Part shown: positions 1 to 8,158 of the stretch, in pieces
Numbering within the stretch: the first letter of the stretch is position 1
How the letters are laid out: the number at the start of each line of letters is the position of its first letter
Source of the DNA: a virus
IMG/VR virus record: IMGVR_UViG_3300009593_000010
Coordinates: 1 to 64,000 of that record
DNA length: 64,000 nucleotides
Reading direction: 5' to 3' (one strand)
Made by a program: the position numbers and the translations under genes
Notes under the pieces: model-generated
Database searches by the model: none
Seen by the model: only the letters and a program-made list of their open reading frames with translations
What the model was told of the DNA's origin: nothing

Positions 1-861
1 GTCCTACATGACCCAGACTTTGAACCCAAACCAATTCTTGGTGGAAAATCAGCACACCAAAAGATCACATCATATATCGATGAAGTAGTTGTTAAGATTC
101 AAAAGAAAATAGACAAGAAAGAAAAGAAGAAAGATGCAAAACCTGTTGTCACTATTCAACAGAGAATTCAAAACAAAGCAGATGAACTTAGTAGTGAGAT
201 TGATTTTGCTATAGATAACTTTATAGATAAAAACGAAAAGGATTTTAATGTATTTGAATATCTGAACAATGAAAATGTCTCAGGCCCTGTTGCATTAAAG
301 ATTGCAGATATTTTTAGACCTACTCATGAAGAATTAGTAGAAGCAATAGAAGGATCAGACCCACAACTCAAAGAAGGATATTCATTCCTTACTAAACCAA
401 AACTTAAAAAGTATTCTGAGTTTGTATCAAACATCATAGGTTCTATCGAGAAATATGCAGAGGGCAAATCGAAGAGAAAACCTAGAAGGAAAAAGATTTA
501 TTCTGCACAAGAACAAATTAAGAATCTAAAGTACAACATTGTGGATACAGAGTACCACTTAACATCAATCTATGCAGAAGAAATTGTTGGTGCTATGGAA
601 CTCTGGACATTCAATACCAAGACAAAAGAAATCACTAGATTCATTGCATTGGATAGAGGTGGTCTTTCTGTTAAAGGAACCACATTAAAGAATTTTAAAG
701 GAACCACTAAGAAGATAGGAAATAAGACAAAATATTTCCTTGACAAAATCCAGAATGGTGGTAAAATAGTATTAAGTCGAGTAATTGATGAAATTAATAC
801 AAAATCATCAATACCAACTGGAAGAATTAATCAAAACATGGTACTACTAAAAGTTATATAA
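1..861 (+). CDS. Conserved T4-like hypothetical protein upstream of rnh (5' partial)
   Basis: Frame 1 is open from base 1 (VLHDPDFEPKP...KRKPRRKKIYSAQEQIKNLKY...) to the TAA at 859-861. The ORF-track start at 541 is an internal GTG. Confidence 0.75.
   Translation, partial: VLHDPDFEPKPILGGKSAHQKITSYIDEVVVKIQKKIDKKEKKKDAKPVVTIQQRIQNKADELSSEIDFAIDNFIDKNEKDFNVFEYLNNENVSGPVALKIADIFRPTHEELVEAIEGSDPQLKEGYSFLTKPKLKKYSEFVSNIIGSIEKYAEGKSKRKPRRKKIYSAQEQIKNLKYNIVDTEYHLTSIYAEEIVGAMELWTFNTKTKEITRFIALDRGGLSVKGTTLKNFKGTTKKIGNKTKYFLDKIQNGGKIVLSRVIDEINTKSSIPTGRINQNMVLLKVI
740..767 (+). promoter_or_regulatory. sigma70-type promoter upstream of rnh
   Basis: TTGACA (740-745), 16 nt spacer, TAAAAT (762-767) with an extended -10 TG. 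Confidence 0.55.
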
Positions 862-1703
862 TGATATTAATAGATTTAAGTCAAGTGATGATTGCATCAC
901 TAATGGCACAAACGAGGGGCGGTAAAGACCCTATCTCAGAAGAACTAGTAAGACACATATGTCTTTCATCAATTGCAAAATATAGGAAACAATACCATAG
1001 AAAATTTGGTGAAGTAGTTCTATGCGTTGATTCAATGCATTACTGGAGAAAGGATTTCTTTCCTCAGTATAAAGGTTTAAGGAAGAAAGGTAGGGATGAT
1101 TCAGATATGGATTGGAACCTTATCTTTGAATGTCTTAATAAGGTCAGAGACGAGTTAAGAGACAACTTCCCATACAAGTTTATTAATGTATATGGATGTG
1201 AAGCAGATGATGTTATAGGTGTCTTATGTGAAACCTATACAGATGAAAAGATTATGATTATTAGTGGTGATAAGGACTTTCAACAACTACAAAAGTATAA
1301 GAATGTTTCACAATACTCACCAATAACTCGTAAGACAATCACACTAAATACTAATGAAGCAAAAGAATATCTTGCAAACCACATTATAAGTGGGGACAAA
1401 GGGGATGGAATTCCTAATGTTTTAAGTCAAGATGATTGCATAATGGAAGGTATAAGACAAAGACCAGTATCAAAGAAAAAGAGGGCAAATTTATTAGACC
1501 CTTTAGTTTTTCATGATAATGAGGTTGAAAGAAATTTCCAGAGGAATAGAACCCTCATAGATTTGACCTATATACCTACTGAATATAAAGAAGCAGTCCT
1601 TGAAGAATATGAGAATGTGAAAGTTTCTCCTAGAAGTGGATTATTAAACTACTTCATTAAGAACAGACTCATGGACTTGCAAACCCATATTGGAGATTTT
1701 TAG
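861..1703 (+). CDS. rnh: T4-type RNase H (5'-3' exonuclease, FEN/PIN family)
   Basis: Motifs ILIDLSQV, WRKDFFPQYKG, GCEADDVIG, ISGDKDFQQL and GDKGDGIPN. Confidence 0.95.
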   Translation: MILIDLSQVMIASLMAQTRGGKDPISEELVRHICLSSIAKYRKQYHRKFGEVVLCVDSMHYWRKDFFPQYKGLRKKGRDDSDMDWNLIFECLNKVRDELRDNFPYKFINVYGCEADDVIGVLCETYTDEKIMIISGDKDFQQLQKYKNVSQYSPITRKTITLNTNEAKEYLANHIISGDKGDGIPNVLSQDDCIMEGIRQRPVSKKKRANLLDPLVFHDNEVERNFQRNRTLIDLTYIPTEYKEAVLEEYENVKVSPRSGLLNYFIKNRLMDLQTHIGDF

Positions 1704-1705
1704 TT

Positions 1706-2521
1706 ATGGCAGATACAGAGAAGAAAAGAGGTCGAGGCAGACCAGCTGGTGCAAAGAATAAAAAGACTATTGCACAAGAAAAGAAAGTTGAAGAGATCAA
1801 AGAAATGTTGAAAGGAACTAATGGTATTAGTGACGAGGACATGAAACGAGCTGCTGATCTTGTTATTGAAGAAGAAGGTATTCCAGCAAATACTGTTGTT
1901 GATGATGAAAGGGATGAATACTCCAGATCATTTGAACCAGTAGGGACTGAAAAACGAGACGATAGTGCAACTTTCAAACCAGTTGAAAAAGGTTCAGTTA
2001 AAGAGAAAGTTTTAGATGGGCCTGACTATGTTAAGAAAACAGGTAGACCAGTCACTGCTTGGAGTAAACCAAATTTACCAAGAACACCAAGTATTATAGA
2101 GATACTTGAATCAGTCGATAAAGCACCTAAGACAAAAAGAGTTGAATTACTCTCAGAGTATAACAAAAGACAAGATGTTATCTATTGTCTAAAGGCTGCA
2201 TTTGATGAAAGAGTCCAATTTACTTTACCAGATGGTTTACCAGATAACTTTGTTATCGGAGACGACACTACACCAGATCGTGCATACGATATGGCACCAG
2301 AAAGACTTATAAGAGTGTATAAAAGAATGCAGTATTGGGTTGAGGGTGGTAGTGGCCAAGCAAAACCTCAGAAGAGAGAAGAAATTTTCTTGGATACTCT
2401 TAGATCATTAGAGAAAACAGAAGCAACCTTCTTAAACGAAATTCGTATGAAGAAGATGCCATTTAAGAACATCACTAAGGAACTATGTGAGGAAGCAGGA
2501 TTCGTTCTAAGTCCTCAGTAG
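1706..2521 (+). CDS. Hypothetical protein with an N-terminal AT-hook-like motif and a conserved T4-like C-terminal domain
   Basis: KKRGRGRPAGAKNKK at the N terminus. The C-terminal half (IIEILESVDK...FTLPDG...RLIRVYKRMQYWV...KREEIFLDTL) resembles a common T4-like hypothetical. Confidence 0.65.
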   Translation: MADTEKKRGRGRPAGAKNKKTIAQEKKVEEIKEMLKGTNGISDEDMKRAADLVIEEEGIPANTVVDDERDEYSRSFEPVGTEKRDDSATFKPVEKGSVKEKVLDGPDYVKKTGRPVTAWSKPNLPRTPSIIEILESVDKAPKTKRVELLSEYNKRQDVIYCLKAAFDERVQFTLPDGLPDNFVIGDDTTPDRAYDMAPERLIRVYKRMQYWVEGGSGQAKPQKREEIFLDTLRSLEKTEATFLNEIRMKKMPFKNITKELCEEAGFVLSPQ

Positions 2522-2529
2522 TATAAATA
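2522..2529 (+). promoter_or_regulatory. T4 late promoter
   Basis: TATAAATA, 6 nt before the ATG at 2535. Confidence 0.75.
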
Positions 2530-2534
2530 GAAGT

Positions 2535-2837
2535 ATGGGTGCAACAAACAAATTAGGACTAACGGACATTGAACGAAGTGTATTTTACACTCGTAATGGT
2601 GTTAATTGCATCGCAGAAATTAGACATTATGATCCAGTAATGGGTCTTATGAAATTACTTGATCCTACTAGGGATGAAGTAATTGAGTTCCTATATAATA
2701 GGAGTTCATCTACTTGGACAGTTCCAGGCTTAGATTACACTTGTAATGTAGACTGGGAAGTTCCAGTAGTTAAGAAAACGGATACTGGGAGTACGGCTCC
2801 CAATCCAGTAAGTAGATTTCCTTCAAGTCCTTTATAG
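2535..2837 (+). CDS. Hypothetical protein
   Basis: 100-aa ORF directly after a late promoter. Confidence 0.7.
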   Translation: MGATNKLGLTDIERSVFYTRNGVNCIAEIRHYDPVMGLMKLLDPTRDEVIEFLYNRSSSTWTVPGLDYTCNVDWEVPVVKKTDTGSTAPNPVSRFPSSPL

Positions 2838-2855
2838 GATATGAGGGATTAAATT

Positions 2856-2996
2856 ATGAATGAAGTGATTTTTCAACAAACCAATAAGGGGGTGATCCAA
2901 CATTTGATTATGGGGTTTTATCCATTAACTGTTTGGGTTGGTAAGGAGAAGTCAAATTTTTCAAAGGTAGGAACGCCAGTCCACCTACCACTTTAA
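2856..2996 (+). CDS. Possible 46-aa small ORF (region may instead be a structured RNA leader)
   Basis: MNEVIFQQTNKGVIQHLIMGFYPLTVWVGKEKSNFSKVGTPVHLPL, preceded by GAGGGA; read manually, not in the ORF track. Confidence 0.35.
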   Translation: MNEVIFQQTNKGVIQHLIMGFYPLTVWVGKEKSNFSKVGTPVHLPL

Positions 2997-3011
2997 TATT
3001 ATGGAGTTATT

Positions 3012-3323
3012 ATGGCAAATGAACAAGTAGAACAACCAGCAATCCAATTGAGGTTTATATCCTTACAGGATTTAACATCACTGATTGCAGTTATAGATAC
3101 TGTTGCACAAAGAAGTGCATTTAAGGGTGAAGAGTTTTCAACAGTAGGTAGATTAAGAGACTTATTGATTGCAGAGACCCAAGAACAGGGTAGAATTCTT
3201 CAAGAAGCAAAGGGTGAATTCGGTGGAGCATCGATGGAACCTTCTGCACCAAACTTAGAAGACATCTCTGAATCTGATACAGATGAAGAAGATGTTCCAA
3301 AAGCAAACAGGAAAAAGAAATAA
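3012..3323 (+). CDS. Hypothetical protein, acidic C terminus with basic tip
   Basis: GGAG SD before the ATG; 103 aa. Confidence 0.75.
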   Translation: MANEQVEQPAIQLRFISLQDLTSLIAVIDTVAQRSAFKGEEFSTVGRLRDLLIAETQEQGRILQEAKGEFGGASMEPSAPNLEDISESDTDEEDVPKANRKKK

Positions 3324-3326
3324 GAA

Positions 3327-3749
3327 ATGGCAAAAGAAACATTAGATTTCGGTTTTACCGCGGTTGATCAAGATGAACTTGTAACCAAGACTGGAGAGTC
3401 TGCAGCTCTCAATGAGAAGATTGCAGATGATCTAAAAAAGGTTGCAGAGAGTTCTGCTGGATCAGTTAGAGGTGAACAGATAGAAGTGTTAGATGGTAAG
3501 ATCGATGTATTAACTAAGGTCGTATCAAATGCACTGGATGAATTGGAAGAAGCAAAAGTATCTTCTGGTTCTTCTACTGATGTTGCAGTTTCTAAACTAA
3601 AGTCCTCTCTTGCAGAGGCAGAAGAACTTATCCTACCACTTCTCTACAAACTAATGGAGAATGAGGATAAGGAATACATCTATTGGCCAAATCGTACTGC
3701 AATAATTACAGGTCATATAGAAAGAGTCAAAAAGGTAACAAGGGGTTAA
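3327..3749 (+). CDS. Conserved T4-like hypothetical coiled-coil protein
   Basis: DFGFTAVD N terminus and LILPLLYKL...KEYIYWPNR C terminus. Confidence 0.7.
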   Translation: MAKETLDFGFTAVDQDELVTKTGESAALNEKIADDLKKVAESSAGSVRGEQIEVLDGKIDVLTKVVSNALDELEEAKVSSGSSTDVAVSKLKSSLAEAEELILPLLYKLMENEDKEYIYWPNRTAIITGHIERVKKVTRG

Positions 3750-3755
3750 CAGACA

Positions 3756-4391
3756 ATGGGTATATCGTCAGCACCATCATGGGAAGGCACAGGAGAGGTA
3801 AAATACTCCAAACACATAAAATTACAGAGTGGTTCAGACTACACTGTATTAGATAAGTTTATGAACAAGAGAGCAGCCGATGATGCAAAAGCACCAGGCG
3901 GAACATATCATACTGATGCAAATGCAGATGATGAAATAACACTTACAGACACTAGAAAAGATTCATCTGATCCAGACTACACGCAAACATTTAAAGATGA
4001 TCTTATTAGTGCCGTCAACTGGTCTCAAAGGAAGGGTGTTGAATTATCATATGTGACTTATGATAAACAAGGTGATGGATCATGGTTATGCACTGCTGAG
4101 TGGGAAAAATCATTAGACTACCTAACAGAATTTGAAGGTGGTATATTAACTAGAGATCAATCATGTACTGATGGGTGGTTAATAGGAGTATTTGGTATGC
4201 AAATCAAATACGAAATGTTAAGGGGTGAGAATGACCCTAATGTAATCAAACTGGAAAAATTCTGGGATAGGGAAGACTTTGGACACCTAAAAAGAAATGG
4301 ACAATGGAACTCAACAGTCTATACTACTAGACAGGATGGAAAAGTTCCTGGCTCTACAGAATATCCAGCAGGTCATCCACTTGCAAGTTAA
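3756..4391 (+). CDS. Hypothetical protein
   Basis: 211-aa ORF; TAATG coupling to the next gene. Confidence 0.7.
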   Translation: MGISSAPSWEGTGEVKYSKHIKLQSGSDYTVLDKFMNKRAADDAKAPGGTYHTDANADDEITLTDTRKDSSDPDYTQTFKDDLISAVNWSQRKGVELSYVTYDKQGDGSWLCTAEWEKSLDYLTEFEGGILTRDQSCTDGWLIGVFGMQIKYEMLRGENDPNVIKLEKFWDREDFGHLKRNGQWNSTVYTTRQDGKVPGSTEYPAGHPLAS

Positions 4392-4822
4392 TGACAGATA
4401 AACCAGAACACTTATTAAAAATGGACGAGGGTGATATTGCTCTTGTCATCAACCAAGACAAAGGTTGGTTCAAGAAAGTATCTATTGCATTTGCAGAGAA
4501 CCCAAACATAGACCCAACAACTGTTGATTTAAATTGGTTGGGGTTATATCGTGCATGTACACACTTATCATTAATAGCAGACACATATTTAAGAACAAGA
4601 CAAGGAATCATTCAAGAAAATGGAGAAGACATCCTTAAAGAAGGATGGTATGATGCATCTTCTGATTACGGAATAACCGATCCAGAAGAAATTAAAGATG
4701 TATTATTGTCGATGGGTTATCCAGTCCCAGCAGAATTAGAAGAAGACTTAGAAGAAATTGAAAAGGCTGAAAAAGCAATAAAAGGAAATGTTATAGACTT
4801 TCCTTTGAATCTTATCAATTGA
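4391..4822 (+). CDS. Hypothetical acidic protein
   Basis: 143-aa ORF, translationally coupled. Confidence 0.7.
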   Translation: MTDKPEHLLKMDEGDIALVINQDKGWFKKVSIAFAENPNIDPTTVDLNWLGLYRACTHLSLIADTYLRTRQGIIQENGEDILKEGWYDASSDYGITDPEEIKDVLLSMGYPVPAELEEDLEEIEKAEKAIKGNVIDFPLNLIN

Positions 4823-4848
4823 CACTAGGGTACATCTTTGTGTATAAT
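4819..4848 (+). promoter_or_regulatory. Early sigma70-type promoter with a GGGTACAT box in the spacer
   Basis: TTGACA (4819-4824), 18 nt spacer ctagggtacatctttgtg, TATAAT (4843-4848). Confidence 0.8.
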
Positions 4849-4886
4849 GTACACTAAGATTTTTATAATTAAAACAAGGATAAAAA

Positions 4887-5231
4887 ATGGGTTATTATGA
4901 TATAAGTGAAGGTGAGTTAAAACTTGCTGAAATTGGAAGAGAATTATCTGCATTCGCAGAAGATCACAAGACCAAATCGTTGAGGTTTAGTCGTAAGTTA
5001 TTTGAAAAAGACAGGAAGGGATGTCCAGAGGATGATGTCTGGAATAACATGATGTCTGCTTCTGATAAACTTACAAGGTTTGGTACTTTATGGGGGCCTA
5101 AGACTATTGATGTATTCTCTGAGAAAGAAAAAGTTCTTATCAAAGCAATACTCAGACATAGAGAAAAACGACATGAAAGAGAGCAAAAGCATCTCAATGC
5201 AAAGGGAACGGGCGAAAAGAAGACAGCCTAA
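4887..5231 (+). CDS. Early hypothetical protein
   Basis: 114 aa; AAGGA SD; first gene after the early promoter. Confidence 0.75.
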   Translation: MGYYDISEGELKLAEIGRELSAFAEDHKTKSLRFSRKLFEKDRKGCPEDDVWNNMMSASDKLTRFGTLWGPKTIDVFSEKEKVLIKAILRHREKRHEREQKHLNAKGTGEKKTA

Positions 5232-5355
5232 TTTGGAATCTGAGATAACTCAATTGAAACAAAATGTATATGATTTACAATTACAGAATAGAGACTTGAT
5301 GATTCGAGTTGGTCAATTAGTAAATGAGAATGCACAATTGAAAATACTTACTTAG
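5173..5355 (+). CDS. Small basic leucine-zipper-like protein (start 5173 or 5197)
   Basis: RERAKRR followed by six Leu at exact heptad spacing. Confidence 0.55.
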   Translation: MKESKSISMQRERAKRRQPNLESEITQLKQNVYDLQLQNRDLMIRVGQLVNENAQLKILT

Positions 5356-5387
5356 AATTAATTATTATATTATGAGAAAATTACAAA

Positions 5388-6334
5388 ATGACTAAAGGTG
5401 GTGTCCATCCGATGTTTGGTACGCCTCTATATGAAGGTGAATTTGAATATACAGATTCCGATAGAGATTTTGTTGAGTCAGTTCAATTTACTCTTAATAA
5501 AGATCAAGCAAAAGAACATATGCCTACCTTAAAGGATGCAAAAGGTTCACTTAGATACGAGGGTAGTTACAAGGAAGCGGGAGCAGATACAATAAAAGGG
5601 GTAGTGAATCCTGCTACTGATGAACAATCCTATAGTGATTTTGTCATGACTCATAAACTCATGAACATCCTTGCAAACAATCCACAACTTTCCCACCTAA
5701 AAAAGATTGCATTAGAACATGCAAGATCATTTATACTTAATCATATTGAATATGATATGCCAGATCACACTGATTTAGTTATATCAGATTCTTGGGCGGG
5801 AATGAGTTTAAACAATGCACCACAGGCAATCATGCAACATGATCATAATATTGTATGTTATCTGGTATATTCTATTTTTCTGATGGAAATCCATTAAGAC
5901 TTTCTGCAAAGGAAGCTTGGGATTCAAGAACACCATTCATCTGGCCACATAGTAGTCCAAATATGTATAATCAAAGTGACTTTATTATTTTTCCCAAGAA
6001 AGGAATGATATTATTATGGCCTGCACATGTCACTCATGAAGTGATAGAGAGTGATGATAAGTTTGAAGATGAATTTAGAACTACATTAGTATTTAATGTT
6101 ATGCCCAGTGGATTGATGACTAGGAAAACAGGTTCATACGGAAAATGGGATGTTAAAGAAGGTGAGGAGAATGAACTTGATTATGTTCTTGCTTCCCATG
6201 AATTTGGAAAATGGGATGTTGAAGAAGATGTATCAAAAGAAGATTACGAAAAAACCGATGGTGGACATATATCTGCTGATGGAACAGAAGGAAAAGGGGC
6301 ATATCTAAAGATAAATGTCCAAGAGAAAGATTAA
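5388..6334 (+). pseudogene. 2OG-Fe(II) oxygenase (TIGR02466-like) split by a 1-nt frameshift near 5849
   Basis: Adding one A to cat gat cat aat (a)at tgt atg tta tct ggt restores HDHNNCMLSGIFY and joins ORFs 5388-5897 and 5855-6334 (LWPAHVTHEV, RTTLVFNV). Confidence 0.75.
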
Positions 6335-6489
6335 TGAGAAAATTTAGCCATACAGGTGGAAGAAAAGGAAGAAGAGAAAGAGCATTAGAAAGACTTTTAA
6401 AAGTTAAGGAACCTAATGCACGACAACTTAACGAGATTTCTAATTTAAAAGGTAATACTGTTACTGTAACAGATTTAATGAAGGACTAA
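6334..6489 (+). CDS. Small basic protein (51 aa)
   Basis: MRKFSHTGGRKGRRERALERLLK...; TAATG overlap with the upstream stop; read manually. Confidence 0.55.
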   Translation: MRKFSHTGGRKGRRERALERLLKVKEPNARQLNEISNLKGNTVTVTDLMKD

Positions 6490-6498
6490 GGGTAAATA

Positions 6499-6579
6499 AT
6501 GAACATAGAACGACTTCCTATCATTAGAACTATCTGGATACTCTTCTGGAGTATATTCAGTAAAGAGGATAGAGACTAA
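6499..6579 (+). CDS. Micro-ORF (26 aa), hydrophobic centre
   Basis: MNIERLPIIRTIWILFWSIFSKEDRD; TAATG coupling to 6579. Confidence 0.4.
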   Translation: MNIERLPIIRTIWILFWSIFSKEDRD

Positions 6580-6887
6580 TGCCAACATATGAATTTGAAA
6601 ATACCGAGACTGGAGAACAATTTGAAATATTTTGTTCTTGGAAAGAACGAGAAGGATTTCTTAAAGACAATCCTCATGTTAGAGGAGTCATCATTACTGC
6701 ACCTACAAAAGTATCCACTGTTGGAGAAAGAACTGGTTTAGGTAATAGTGGTGGGTTTAATGAAGTATTAAGTAAGGTAGGAGAGAAGTTTCCCAACTCT
6801 CCATTAGATCGTCAAACGAGAAGACGAACTGCCACAGAAGTAAAAAGGGATAATGTGATCAAGAAACATGGACTTGATAAACTTTAA
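6579..6887 (+). CDS. FmdB-like small protein common in T4-like phages
   Basis: MPTYEF-N-ETGE-FE N terminus; the zinc-ribbon Cys pairs are not retained. Confidence 0.6.
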   Translation: MPTYEFENTETGEQFEIFCSWKEREGFLKDNPHVRGVIITAPTKVSTVGERTGLGNSGGFNEVLSKVGEKFPNSPLDRQTRRRTATEVKRDNVIKKHGLDKL

Positions 6888-6889
6888 TT

Positions 6890-7222
6890 ATGAAATTTGG
6901 AACACACCACTATCGTCCATTAACAGATGGACTCACTATCGATCACTCTGAAATTAATGGACTGGGACTATTTGCAACAACCGATTTTAAAGCAGGAATC
7001 TATCTTGGTGAATCTCACATATGGGAAGCAAAAAGATGGGACTGGATTAGAACCCCTCTTGGTGGTTTTATAAACCATTCAGACAACCCAAACTGTTTTA
7101 TCAATACGAATATACATTACCATGAAGGACAACAAAGGGAATTGTATACAATTAAACCAATTAAATCTGGAGAAGAAATAACAGTATTCTACACTGTAGG
7201 ATACGATGATATAGACCTATGA
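6890..7222 (+). CDS. SET-domain protein (putative lysine methyltransferase)
   Basis: GLGLFAT (motif I), FINHSDNPNC (NHSxxPN) and IKSGEEITVFY (EELxxxY). Confidence 0.9.
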   Translation: MKFGTHHYRPLTDGLTIDHSEINGLGLFATTDFKAGIYLGESHIWEAKRWDWIRTPLGGFINHSDNPNCFINTNIHYHEGQQRELYTIKPIKSGEEITVFYTVGYDDIDL

Positions 7223-7911
7223 ACAATTTAAAAGAAGTAAAAGAATTTACAATACTCGAAGATACCTTTGATAAACTACCAACAACTAACATTGATGGTA
7301 AGAGATATTATACGACTCCAGACGGAAATAACTATCCATCTGTTACCTCAGTGACAGGTCTTGCAAGTAAGAAAGGTATTGTGGAATGGAGAAAACGAGT
7401 AGGTGAGAAGACGGCCAATAAGATATCCACTCAAGCAAGTGGACATGGGACTAAGGTTCACCATTTAATAGAAGATTATATCAATAACGATGACTTCAAT
7501 TCAAAGTATATTAAGTCAATGCCTACTACTCAGTATGCATTTAATACCATCCGACCATTACTCAACCAGATAGGAACTGTTCATGCATTAGAGGCATCAC
7601 TCTATAGTGATGAACTACAACTTGCTGGTAGGGTAGACTGTATTGCAGACTGGCATGGTAAACTTGCAGTCATCGATTTTAAGACAAGTGCAAAACCTAA
7701 GAAACCAGAATACATAACAAATTACTTTATGCAGACAACTGCATATGCAAAGATGTTTGAAGAGCGCACAGGGAAACCTGTAGATCAAGTGGTTATCTTG
7801 ATTGCAGTAGCGGATGGGAATTCTCAGTTGTTTATTGAAACACCTAATGAAAAATGGGTGCAGAAATTACAATCTTATAGACAAGAATATCGAGAATTAT
7901 ATGGTAAATAG
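7219..7911 (+). CDS. PD-(D/E)xK exonuclease (T4-like phage family)
   Basis: YPSVTSV, G..VH and AGRVDCIADWHGKLAVIDFKTS. Confidence 0.85.
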   Translation: MNNLKEVKEFTILEDTFDKLPTTNIDGKRYYTTPDGNNYPSVTSVTGLASKKGIVEWRKRVGEKTANKISTQASGHGTKVHHLIEDYINNDDFNSKYIKSMPTTQYAFNTIRPLLNQIGTVHALEASLYSDELQLAGRVDCIADWHGKLAVIDFKTSAKPKKPEYITNYFMQTTAYAKMFEERTGKPVDQVVILIAVADGNSQLFIETPNEKWVQKLQSYRQEYRELYGK

Positions 7912-7914
7912 TTG

Positions 7915-8043
7915 TTAGCTAAACATTATGACGAATACTGGGAATGCTAAAGGTGCAGTTAAAAAAAATATAAACTCTGCAACATCAATAATCTTATCTA
8001 TCTCGTTTTCATGTTGGGCCACCAGTTGTTTAAGGTGACTCAT
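7915..8043 (-). CDS. 42-aa single-TM peptide, antisense to its neighbours
   Basis: MSHLKQLVAQHENEIDKIIDVAEFIFFLTAPLAFPVFVIMFS; AGGAG SD; own late promoter; read manually. Confidence 0.7.
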   Translation of the reverse strand: MSHLKQLVAQHENEIDKIIDVAEFIFFLTAPLAFPVFVIMFS

Positions 8044-8131
8044 TTTATTATTCTCCTAAATAATAGTAGGTTAAACATCAAATTGAATAAAAATTCAATC
8101 ATAAATGATATCAATGGATTTGTATCACTCT

Positions 8132-8139
8132 TATTTATA
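8132..8139 (-). promoter_or_regulatory. T4 late promoter on the minus strand (overlaps a TATAAGTA variant on plus)
   Basis: tatttata at 8132-8139 is TATAAATA on minus. Confidence 0.6.
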
Positions 8140-8158
8140 AGTAATAATTCTTTGACTG

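Noticed and set aside
541-861. ORF-track start at 541
   Set aside because: The frame is open from base 1, so this is the 3' part of a longer gene
5860-5897. Programmed frameshift as the explanation for the split oxygenase
   Set aside because: The only U-run lies after the SGIFY motif, so slipping there would give a corrupted active-site region; a 1-nt deletion is simpler
7219-7911. Exonuclease as Cas4 / CRISPR adaptation gene
   Set aside because: It lacks the four-Cys Fe-S motif and any CRISPR context; it fits the common T4-like PD-(D/E)xK exonuclease
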